Of a stretch of DNA of 64,000 bases, positions 27,001 through 38,984 are shown one piece after another. Source of the stretch: Ylistrum balloti (Eukaryota); NCBI RefSeq assembly GCF_031769215.1, contig NW_026781945.1:2666001-2730000 (forward strand), written 5' to 3'. The notes beneath the pieces were generated by a model. The model searched no databases and had not been told where the DNA came from. It saw only the letters and a program-made list of their open reading frames with translations. The translations under genes and the position numbers were made by a program. How positions within the stretch are numbered: the stretch's first letter is position 1; each line of letters opens with the position of its first letter.

Positions 27001-30000
27001 CCTTTATTGATGAGGTACAATACCTGTAACCTTTATTGATGAGGTACAATACCTGTAACCTTTATTGATGTGGTGCAATACCTGTAACCTTTATTGTTGA
27101 GGTGCAATACCTGTAACCTTTATTGATGAGGTACAATACCTGTAACCTTTATTGATGTGGTACAATACCTGTAACCTTTATTGATGAGGTACACCTTTAT
27201 TACATTGTCTGTCGACCTTTATTGATGAGGTACAATACCTGTAACCTTTATTGTAACCTCTATTAATGAGGTACAATACCTGTAACCTTTATTGATGTGG
27301 TACAATACCTGTAACCTTTATTGATGAGGTACTATACCTGTAACCTTTATTGATAAGGTACAATACCTGTAACCTTTATTGATGAGGTACAATACCTGTA
27401 ACCTTTATTGATGTGGTACAATACCTGTAACCTTTATTGATGTTGTACAATACCTGTAACCTTTATTGATGTTGTACACATGTAATACCTTTAACTATTG
27501 ATGAGGTACAATACCTGTAACCTCTATTAATGAGGTACAATACCTGTAACCTTTATTGATGTTGTACAATACCTGTAACCTTTATTGATGTTGTACACAT
27601 GTAATACCTTTAACTATTGATAAGGTACAATACCTGTAACCTTTATTGATGTGGTACAATACCTGTAACCTTTATTGATGAGGTACATTGTCTTTGACCT
27701 TTATTGATGAGGTACAATACCTGTAAGCTTTATTGATGTGGTACAATACCTGTAACCTTTATTGATGAGGTACAATACCTGTAACCTTTATTGATGTGGT
27801 ACAATACCTGTAACCTTTATTGATGTGGTACAATACCTGTAACCTCTATTAATGAGGTACAATACCTGTAACCTCTATTAATAAGGTACAATACCTGTAA
27901 CCTTTATTGATAAGGTACAATACCTGTAACCTCTATTGATGAGGTACAATACCTGTAACCTTTATTGATGTGGTACAATACCTGTAACCTTTATTGATGA
28001 GGTACAATACCTGTAAGCTTTATTGATGAGGTACAATACCTGTAAGCTTTATTGATGAGGTACAATACCTGTAACATTTATTGATGTGGTACAATACCTG
28101 TAACATTTATTGATGAGGTACATTGTCTTCGACCTTTATTGATGAGGTACAATACCTGTAAGCTTTATTGATGAGGTACAATACCTGTAACATTTATTGA
28201 TGAGGTACATTGTCTTCGACCTTTATTGATGAGGTACAATACCTGTAAGCTTTATTGATGAGGTACAATACCTGTAAGCTTTATTGATGAGGTACATTGT
28301 CTTTGACCTTTATTGATGAGGTACAATACCTGTAACCTTTATTGATGAGGTACAATACCTGTAACCTTTATTGATGAGGTACATTGTCTTTGACCTTTAT
28401 TGATGAGGTACAATACCTGTAACCTTTATTGATGAGGTACAATACCTGTAACATTTATTGATGAGGTACAATACCTGTAACCTTTATTGATGAGGTACAT
28501 TGTCTTTGACCTTTACTGATAGGGAACAATAATATTTCTGTAACCTTTATTTGTAACATTCATATCTTTATATCACCAGCTGTTTGAATGTGGCACATGT
28601 TTATAATGTATTTGTAACTTTTTTTTCTTAAGTTCTGAAAATAAGTAAAATTGTGTTTGAGACATATGTCTTAGTCATATCACAAAATGTAAAACAGCCT
28701 TTTATCTATCACTTGTAATTCTTACCTTCTACTTAGTACATTTTTGCTAAATGTTTTGTGTCAATACTTTGTATTTCAGGAATCTCTACGTTGTGTACAG
28801 AGCGGTTGTGACAGTTACTACCCAATGAGTAAGTATCAGTTATCTGCTCCATCTCACGTGTCTCAAGGATGCAAGTTAGATTATACAATATGGTGCAGCA
28901 TTCAAAGTCAGGTCTAGCATCAGATAATGGTCTATTGTCCGTCTAGTCTGAGACAATTCTTGCTGTAGTTTTTGAGAAATACCCCATGGATCATCAGAGG
29001 TGTGCATTGTTCCATTTTGGGACTGATCAAAAGAACAAAGTGGCTAACAAGCTAATCAGAAAAAGAAGACAGTCAGCCGACGCCCACATTGGTTTTTGAT
29101 AGTCATAATTTGTGATCATCTTTCCTTGAAAAGTACTGGATGGATCTTTGCCAAAATTCATATGTAGGTTTCCTTAGTGTCTTATTGTACCCTGTTGATT
29201 TTGGGACTGATCAGAAAAACCAAATAGCTGAAAAGTAGAAAAGAAATTGTACACAGCAGGCATGATATTGTTTATCTCTTTTGTATCACTTGTTTCTATA
29301 AGTTATGATAGTTAATAAGATATAAGGTAATATGACAGTGTCTTCATGTAAAGTCACATAACAGTGTTTGTGTAAAGACACATGACAGTAGTATACATGT
29401 GCTATATAAAATTTCTAACAAAAATAAAGACAAGAAAAGATGATGAATACATTTAACAATTTAATGACAATACACTCATGTCTGAAGGAGGATTTCCTAC
29501 AACTTGCTTTAGTAAACAGTCTATTTTTGTAAAAGGAAATGTTTAAGATCACCAAGTTTTAGTAAACTTGCTGTACTGATGCTCATTAATTTAGACAATG
29601 GCCTTTTGTTTTGCTTTAATACTGTGGTGTCTCTGTACTTCCTCCTGTAATTTTCAGGTTATTGATACTTTCCTGTACGTTCCTTCCTCTATATACTCGT
29701 CCTACATTCTGCCATAACTTTGCGTTTTGTAGATGTTTCAGATGTTAGGCTAACACACCCTTCCTGACGTACAAAAGTCATACATGTATATATACTAGTA
29801 TGAAAGCCATCTGACTATTCATCACATATAAAGTAGGCATTTACAATCCTGATTTTAATCCTAGTGAACTTGCATGTGTATGACAAGTGTATAGCTGGTA
29901 GTTTTGATTACCAGTTTTTACAGAAATGCGTTATCCTGGGCTTAGTCACATCTTCAGTCTTATCTGTAGTAAACGTGTTTCCATTGCATACATTTTTTCA

Positions 30001-33000
30001 GGTTGTTTGTGAATATTGTAAATTAGTGCTAAATGTAATATAACTGTGATTGTGAATACAATACTGGTCAGGTTCTGTCAGCTGTCTGCCTCACTCAATA
30101 GTAGGGAAGTGACCTTTCACCTGAGGCAAGTTAATCAGATCACTGTTGAAATCCTGTGGGATGTAAAATTCTCACTCAGAGCTGGTGTAGTGTTCGTTCA
30201 TGTTCAAAGGTCATACTGTATTTTAAAAGTTCTTTTTCCTGCCTTTGTTAACATTTTAATACATGCATGCTCATATCTGTTGAGAGTCTGAATGTAATTA
30301 CTCTTTGTAGTTTAAAATTGTAATATTACACCACATCTACAGGATTCTAAAAATTCATGTTATTCGCAGTGACCTTGACCTTGATTTTAATATGATATAT
30401 GTAACTGAGTCCTTAGTTACATTAGTCATAGACATACATAGTTGAGAACTTTCATCACAAGTATTTGTAAAAGTGAAAGTTTTCATCTACTTCAATTATG
30501 ATGACTACTAACACTTAAAATTTAAGTACTAGAAGTGGAGTGATGGGTGGGAAGGTCATAAGTATAGGTTGACTGAAGCACTGTAAGTACTAAGTGGTTG
30601 CATCGAAGAGTTCTTTAAGGGGTCCATCCACTACTAATGATGTATTCTTACTAGTGAGTGACATAAACTTTAGCAACACCGTTCTCTGAAATTCTGAACT
30701 TTTAGATTATAATAATTTTGTAAATCTGCTGATATTTATCTACATAGAGTGGCTTCTATATTGAAATAGCAATGGGTATATTGTCAAGATTATGGGTTAG
30801 TTACATGCTGGGGTGAAGAGTTTTCAAGTTTGTTCAAATAAATGACTTTGGCTCTCTTTCAATGTCACATAATTGAAATATTTGAATTTTTTAAATGTTT
30901 TGTGAATAAACAAGAAATCACAGGTTTTAGATGTGTATTTTTAAATCACCTGACCATAGGTCATGGTTACCAATAGCAATCATTGTTCATCCATGGTCAT
31001 GCATTGACTTTTTCTCGTGAACATGATAACAATAATAAATATGAAAAATAATACCTCAGATGAGCTTAACTATGAAATTGATTCGATTGTAACTTACAGA
31101 GTTGTAGCCCTCTGCAGTTTTATTACTATTGAACCTTGTGAACATAATTTGAGTAAATAAAAAGAGATTTTGATGAAATTTTGTATGCAGCTTTATGTAA
31201 AAAACGAAATAGTATGTCTGGTTAATACTAGTCAGCTGATTGTTTAAGTCAATTGGCCTCTTGTGTAACATTTAAGGAGGGACAGGTGTTACATTTAGGG
31301 TAAAAATGAAAATGACACAAATAAAACCATTTTATTATAAGCTGCAGATCCAGGACCTTTTGGCCTTTTACATTGTTTGATCCATTCAGATGGTGTAATA
31401 TACCCATTATTATTATTTACAGGTGAGCTGAAACAGTCACTTCCAAACATAGTGGTGGAGATACTGGAGGACAAACTTGACAATGACTACATTGATTACA
31501 TTGCCAATATGATCCTGAAGAATGCAGGGGCCTCTTCTCCTCCTTCCTCTAATCCAGCTCCTTCCACTTCATCATCTACGTCATCCCTTTCCTCCTCAGC
31601 TTCTTGCTCCAGTTCATCTGTTCCCTCAACTTCAGCTGCCCCCATGGTGATGATGGATGACTCTATGGGTGCCTCGACCAGCCAGCCATTGAGAACACCT
31701 GATGTCAAAGACACCAATGAAACTGTAAGACCAGAGTTATCAACCGAGAAAAAAGAACCTATGATGGAGGACTGTCCACCCAACTGGACACCAATGGACA
31801 AACGCTCGGTATGCCAATGAAGTTTAAGAAACCATTTCAGACAAAAAGAATCATATCAAGTGATTCAGTCAAAACTCGTTATCTCAAATTGATTGTAAAT
31901 TTCAAAAACCTTCTCAATACCCAGATCAGATAGAACACTCTTAATGGATTGAAGTGTCTTATATGTTTTACCAAATTTTGTCCCCCTATGGTCTCAAATT
32001 TCCCCTTGAGGAAGGAATCAGATTTACTGTAGTTTATAGTGTATGTTACAGTTTTGAGCATAACTTGTTTATGTTCAATTGAAATTAGTTCAAACTTGGT
32101 TTGAATTGTCACTATAGGATAAGAGTTTGATAATATGCACATGTTGAACCTGACTGACCCCTTATGGATGATTGGTGGGGTCAAATTGACTGAATTTCAA
32201 AAACCCTCTCACTATCCAGATAAAGTAGAACCTTAAACTCTTCATTGATAAAAGTGTCTTAAAAGTACTTTACTAAAATTTTAAGTTTCATGAGCCAAGG
32301 GTCTCTCATTTCCCCATTGGAAGGGGGTAAATTCTGCTATAGTTAATATAGGAAAATAACATTTTAGGCATAATCTATTTATTTTCTATAGGAAATAGTT
32401 TAAACTTGGTTAGAATTGTCATTGTCTCTTAATAAGTCCACCCCTAGACTTTTAAACAGAAGTAATGTGTTGGTTCCCTTGTTTATTGCAGAACAAATAA
32501 GGCATTTGTGTCAATATGTATGTTTGAAAAAGTCTTGATTTATGTTCTTGTTGATTGTCCTTTGTCCTAATTCCTGGTACATTGTTTTACACAGAGCTAT
32601 TTTATGGTCCCCCTTGAACCGGAGTCACAGGAATATGTTGATGTTGCCCTGAAGTTCCACAATTCAATGAAGTTCCCAGCAGCTGATATCACCAAAATCT
32701 TCAGAGTTCAGAATCCGATTCTCTGGAAATACTACACAGTGTAAGACAGCAATAAAGATGAAAAAAATGTTGACAACAAGAAATGTATCTACCTAGGAGT
32801 TATCATATTTAAAGTATTTCCTTATTATGTAATCATCTGACTTCGAGGGTCGGGATGACTTATAGTCATTGTGTATATGCTTACTGAGGCCTTCGAGTTT
32901 CAGACTCGTAATTCTTAGGTTTTTGATTACTTACAATCTTTGCAGAGAAAGTAGAATATGATCACAACCCCTGAAACTTTGAGACTGTGTGAGTACAAAA

Positions 33001-34839
33001 ATGTCTGTAAACTTCTATATGCCTCTGTAGCACACCAGACTTGTTACTACACATATCAAATCTGTATTCTGATCAGGTCTCTAGTTAGTCACTTGTAATT
33101 ACTAGGATAGAAGATCTTATAACACAACTAGTAGAGATTTAGTTAAGACATTTTGAACAACTACATGGTCACCTTCATTAGACAAAAATGTCCAATGTGA
33201 AGAGTACTAGCACTGATGTATGTAATGTACGAGATGGTAAGGAATTGACCCATTGATACACTACATACATCAGTTTGCTTCACAATCTTTTACAAGTTGT
33301 GTTCTAAGAACTTCTATTCTATTAACCAACCTGGAGAAATTGTGCCAAAACACTTGTAACTGCAATATATGTTTGTTTAACAGGAAGAGAACAGAGATGA
33401 TTATCGAGAATGATGGGTTGGACGTCCAGGAGAACAGTCTGTTTCATGGCACTACAAGTTCTGTTTTGGATGCCATCTGTAAAAAAGGATTTGACTGGAG
33501 AGTATGTGGAAAAAATGCAACAGTTTATGGCCAAGGTAAGGGAGGCAGTATAGAGATATACGCTTATACCTTGATACAGTTAATGGAGGCTTTGAATCAA
33601 AACTGAGACAGCTGTATTAATGAGGATGAAAGTAAACAATAACTCAAACTAAAACTATGGATACTGTAAAACATTACATTTTATACTCACTTGTCTGGAA
33701 CTTGTTTGAACGGTACAAAACTTGTTTGGAACTTTGTTGAACGGTACAAACTTTGAACAGTGGATATTATATAAAACAAAAAAATAGTCTATTATGGAAA
33801 ATGATATGTATGTATTTTTGTGGTTTCAGGTCAAATGAGAAAACTACAAATGTTGATGTATTAAATTATATTTTATGTTAGGGAATAGATCACTATTTTG
33901 ATAACTGTTTCAGGCCTCGAGACTTTTGATAATAAAAAAAGAATGATATTATTATATAAAATGATAAAAAATGAATGATATTATTATATAAAATGATAAA
34001 AAATGAATGATATAATTATATGAAATGTATCTTTTCTGTCGTCAGGTTCATACTTTGCTGTGAATGCCTCCTACTCTCACATGTATACAGATAATGGCAA
34101 TGAAAATCGTCGTCGTGGACGTGTTGTTACCTTGTTGTCTGGGATGCCTCGCCCAATGCCGGCCCATGTGCCATTCTTGTCGACACCCCCCTCCTCAAAT
34201 GTTCTTTCAACACAGATTGGGTTTAGTCCAGCTGCGATACAGGTGTACCATCCACCAAATCCTATTTCCTCCATTTCTACTGGAGCCAGTAATGTCCCTC
34301 TCTCCAATGTTGCCACACCCACTAATTCTTCCAGCTCCTCTCACATGGTAGCTCAGGGTCTAGTGGCGCCTCCTCCAGTGGACAAAGGATCCAACAATTC
34401 CAGTCAGGTACCGCAGCAACAAGCAGCTGCATCATCTGGCCAGCAGGCTCCTGGACCAATCAGAAACCGACACATCACTCACCAGCTCACCTCCATAAGG
34501 AGACAACTTAATGTGCTGCGTTCCAGTGTACAGCAACTGAGAAATACATCAATACCCACCCAGATTGGTCAGCCTGCACTGGGCAATCCAGCAGACATTC
34601 AGGCATCAAATAAAACTGTACATAGAATGTTTCTGGCTAAGGTGCTAGTGGGGAAATATACTGGTGGTCACAGTGGGCTGAGAAAACCTCCGCCATTATA
34701 CCCATGTACAGATCCCTATGGCAAGTGCTACGACTCTTGTGTTGACAACATACACAACCCAAAAATATTTGTCATATTTGACACAGCCCAAGCCTACCCA
34801 TCTTACGTGCTGGAATATCATTGTGAAGATGGTCAGTGA
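21074..34839 (+). CDS. Mono-ADP-ribosyltransferase (PARP7/TIPARP-PARP11-PARP12-like catalytic domain) with an RBR-type RING1 and a long disordered N-terminus, ~986 aa, 7 coding exons
   Basis: Exons: 21074-21116, 24365-25755, 28780-28828, 31423-31808, 32595-32740, 33384-33535, 34046-34839. Phases match and the total is 2961 nt. Motifs: PPNW, IFRVQNPILW, LFHGT, GFDWRVCGKNATVYGQGSYFA, MFLAKVLVGKY, YDSCVDN..NPKIFVIFD..QAYPSYVLEY. The triad is H-Y-I. Confidence 0.88.
22040..22480. repeat. Degenerate C-rich tandem-like repeat
   Basis: Recurring ATATCAGTATCAC(A)CATTT-CTG and CCCCC-CATTAATATC blocks. Confidence 0.4.
22636..24018 (+). mobile_element. Decayed Tc1/mariner DNA transposon (~1.4 kb) in intron 1 of the PARP gene
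   Basis: ORF 22921-23223 encodes the Tc1 HTH region (VARHF...ETGQVADRPRSG...HLRNR). Broken frames downstream give WRRVLFTDKSWF, GNLTAARYIDEIL and PPYSPHLSPIMH. Diverged TIRs: left AGGGATAAAGAAACGCAG (~22644) and right, reverse-complemented, AGGGATATAGAAACACAG (~23995-24012). Confidence 0.88.
26170..28530. repeat. 29-bp satellite, ~80 copies
   Basis: Unit GATGAGGTACAATACCTGTAACCTTTATT, with interspersed CATTGTCTTCGACC variant units. Lies in intron 2 of the PARP gene. Confidence 0.97.
31860..32410. repeat. Degenerate two-to-three block repeat or interspersed element fragment
   Basis: TTTCAAAAACC-TCTCA-TA-CCAGAT...GTCTCA-ATTTCCCC-TTG...AAACTTGGTT-GAATTGTCA occurs twice (~31900 and ~32195). Confidence 0.45.
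33930..34025. repeat. 32-bp AT-rich tandem repeat, ~3 copies
   Basis: ATGATAAAAAATGAATGATATTATTATATAAA at 33961 and 33993, just upstream of the last PARP acceptor. Confidence 0.85.
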
Positions 34840-35254
34840 GAATCGTGGTAGTGTACCGGAGAGAGTGTAGTTAGTGTCAGATTCACATCTGTAGTGCTTT
34901 AAGGTTGTCCGCCATGTTGATACCATTACCATGGAAATATATACAAACAGGATGAAGACATATGACTGTTTAGGTTAAGAGAAGTAGTATTAAATGAGTT
35001 CTTATATCTTTGTAGTGGCTGTGATTGTATATCAAGCATTAATTTAGTCAAATTCACTTGTTATATTGAGAACAACCATGGACACATTTGCTACCTCTCG
35101 TTTGCTTGTTAAAAGTCTTAAGACACCAGTGCTGACTGTCATGTCACTAAATTAATCAGTTTAACAGTCATTCCTTACTTGTCACTGACTCGTATTTATA
35201 GTATCGATTGTATACATATGTATAGCATATGAGAGAGTTTGGCTAGTGTAACTG

Positions 35255-35545
35255 ATCGAACATCAAGTATCGACTGACGTGTCATTGAAGTATACAGGCT
35301 AGGTTAACTGATAGTACATCGAGTATTGACTGACATGTCACTGAAGTATACAGGCTAGGTTAACTGATAGTACATCAAGTATGGACTGACATGTCACTGA
35401 AGTATACAGGCTAGGTTAACTGATAGTACATCAAGTATGGACTGACATGTCACTGAAGTATACAGGCTAGGTTAACTGATAGTACATCAAGTATTGACTG
35501 ACATGTCACTGTAGTTTTCAGGCAGGGTTAACAGATTGTACATCA
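35255..35545. repeat. 56-bp tandem repeat, ~5 copies
   Basis: Unit GTATACAGGCTAGGTTAACTGATAGTACATCAAGTATGGACTGACATGTCACTGAA, period 56 (35346 to 35402). Confidence 0.93.
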
Positions 35546-37079
35546 TGTGTCTACTATGGTTTTTTGTTCTCTTTATAAGGGAAGTCAAAACTTTTTCTTT
35601 ATGTATGAGCATCTGTACTTTAAATAAGTAATATTCAAAATATTTTGTTGAATTTTTCTTGCCCATTTCAACATTTTTTTTCTTATGTAGGTGATATGAT
35701 TGTGATGATACCTATAGAGAGTTCCCAGTATAAAGTATTACAGAAATTGATATATGTGCTCCTGATCTATAAAATATCTGAGACAAAGTATTGGAAAACA
35801 AGACATTGCAATTGTTACATTTATGTGATAAATGTACAGAAGTAATTTACAACTTGATTATGTTATTTTAATTTATAGTATTAACAATTTGAGGTTCAGA
35901 AAAACAATTGAACTGAAATTTTTAGGCATGCATAATTAATTATGTTACAAAAATTTAAGATGTTTTAAATTATAATTAGATGTAAAACATTTAAAGTGTG
36001 ATTACCTTTGTTCATTAGTTTTAATTTTGTATCTACAGAAATGTCCGATGTCATTGATTCTCTTCTAAAAAAGATAAATTTTCTAATTGAAGAGTAATTT
36101 AAAAATCCATTTTGCATATATAATAATAGACTCTCACAAATGTATGACTTAAATATTAGATATTTTGAAATATTATGAGTATATATGTATATTTGTAAAA
36201 ATGATTATTACAAATCACACAAGTGTAATTTATATTTATTATAAACACACCGACAATATGAAAGTAAAGGTGTCCTAGAGATGAAGTTCTATCAAATTTC
36301 ATCAATATTTGTGAACTCTAGAAAGTCACAGATTCACAAAATATTCCTGTTTGTAACGCCTAAAGAGCTGTGAAGGTAGGGTGAAACATTCTGTAGCATT
36401 TGCTTATATAATTAGTTGTTGTGATCATGACTTACCAGTTAAGTGCACCGTAATTCTGCACTAAACTTCACAGCATTACATTAAAGTGCTGTGTAATTCT
36501 TTACCAAGCTTCTCATGGAAACATCTGTATCAATGGTATGTCTTATGTCTTTCAAACATCGGATTGAGCTGGAATCTCTGTACATTTTATATCTTTGATT
36601 GCTTCATGATATGTGTAATGTATTGATTACCCTATGATTTTTTTAAATCTTTTTTTTTTTAAGAAGAAAGCTTTTTTGTGCAAAGAAATCACATGACACA
36701 GCTTTTCTGTTTTTATTCCCCACAGATTTTTAACCATCACATTTGTAAAGACATTTTCCAGTCTAATTTGAATTCATAAATTAAGAAGTTAATTCTTCAT
36801 TTCAGATCTCTCTCCTTTAAATTCAGTGTCCTTTTCTTTAGTATGCTTCTCTTGAACCTTAAAATATTTAGAGTGGAACTTTTGAATTTCAAAGAAAGAT
36901 GATTATGTTCTTTTAAAAAAAATCTAAATTGTTTTTAATTACAACTACTGCAATAGAGAGATTGATTATCATGACCTAAATATATGTTGTACCACTTGCA
37001 ACCATTGAATGAGAGTTTACAGTCATGAAATATGAACTTCGGATTTTACGTCGATACATAACATAGAGAAGGGAATATC

Positions 37080-37300
37080 AACAATGACAAGTTACTGTTA
37101 CCATAGCAACAATGTAAAGACGCTTTATATTGATATATAATATACAGGAGTAAGACATCAACAAGACAAGTTATCGTTACCATAGTGACCATATAAAGAG
37201 ATAACATTTATACATAACATACAGGAGGGAGACACACCAATGACAAGTTATTGTTACCATAGCAACAATGTAAAGGGACTCCACATTGACATGTTACATT
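37080..37300. repeat. Degenerate ~80-bp repeat, 3 copies
   Basis: GACAAGTTA(C/T)(T/C)GTTACCATAG recurs at ~37085, ~37165 and ~37243. Confidence 0.7.
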
Positions 37301-38984
37301 GAGGAAGACGCCACCAACAACAACTTGTCAGTAGAAAAGTAATGCTGAATATTATGTTTATTAATGAGTTATATGATGTGAGCCAAAGTCTTCTTGACTG
37401 TAAGTATAGTTGTTGATGACAGGATATTCCAACATGCAAGTTTTTGGTGTCATTATGTATATAGAGAGAAACTAGTAGTTTTGCTGTAAACATAGAAATG
37501 TGCCAACAGTTTGATTTTTTTAAAAATAGCAGAATATGGATAATGAGAAGAAATGATTTCACATAAAATCACAGAATCCAAAGTCTGAATCATGTGACAA
37601 ATATCGGAATGAATTTTGTCGAAGTATTGTATTAATTTCAGTTTAAATACTGTAGATATAGATATATAGTATTTCAGATGTTTTCATTGTTATGTTTGAA
37701 CCTCATAAGAGGCTATTTTTATGTGATGGTTGTTGTTTTATGGAATCTCTTATAATCTATATATATACATTCTGATACTAGGTACATCTGGCTGTTGAAA
37801 GTTATGTTAGCTTACTGTACATTTGACTTTCTTTAATGGCTACTACTTTTTTCTATTTCAGCAATACAATAAGTTTGCAGAAATTTAATTTCATGAATGC
37901 TGAATAACCATTGTAAAATTAACTTCTGTAATTTTGGATTCAACTTGAAAGAATGTTTACTGTACTGATTGTTACATGTGAAATGTTGCTAAAATTTGGT
38001 CTACTTGGGCACGCCAAGATGTATTGAATTAAAAAAACTTCTGAGAATGAGAGTCTGATGAGTATGTGTGGATGTATTGAATCAAGAGGTCTGTCGAAAA
38101 ATTCCAAGTAAGAAGGAGAAAAATGCATTAAAGAGCAAGAGGAGGTAAGAGAGTTACAACAGAAAGACTGCATATGGCAAGCTTTTTTTTATAAAGTTCT
38201 TTATAATCTGTGATCAGGTGTAATTTAAACTGGTCCATTTAGATAAAGTTTTTTTTTCACAATTCAAAAGGAAATCCAAGAAATCTGAGTGGCTGAAATT
38301 GAGCTAAACATTATTTGTATTTCTAAAGTTCCCCTGGAATGGTAAACCAAATTTCTCAAAATTTTGTGTATCAGTTTGCATCTAGTTCCTTGATCCATTT
38401 ATGGTTTTTGACTTAAGAAAAATAAATCTTCTTATCTTTTCAAAACAAAGTAGAAATGACTGTTGTTTGGTCAGAGTGTTCTTATTGTAATGGTTTCAAT
38501 CAGTTAGAAATCCAAGATGGCTGCAATGATATATTTGTTAAATCATTTTCAACTACTTGAGAGTGTATGACAAATACTGACTGATACAGGCCCAAAAAAG
38601 CCTTTTGTTTTTGAATAGATTTAGAAATTATTAAGTAGAGCTTTCAATGGACATAATCAATTTTGTTGCAAATAGTTTAAAAAATGGTTTGAAAGTCTGT
38701 GAGATATTGGTTGTTTACATGATGTCACGTTTGCAAGAATTATGATTATGTAAACGTTTGTGTCCAATATTTATACAGAGGAGAGAGAGGCTAGATAGAA
38801 CCTCGGATATGACTGGGAGGCTGTCATGAGGTGTACAATCATATTATTTGTATTACAGAATAAATGTAAAACATGTCAATCTTCTGTCTTCTTTTTTATG
38901 TCATGTACAACCCTTACTTTCGTGATATTTTGGATCCATTATGAAGCATCCATATTTGTTTTCTCAATGAATTTAGTATAATTG

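Noticed and set aside
26170-28530. CRISPR-like regular 29-bp repeats with an internal hairpin
   Set aside because: The units are head-to-tail with no unique spacers, there are no cas genes, and the context is a eukaryotic intron.
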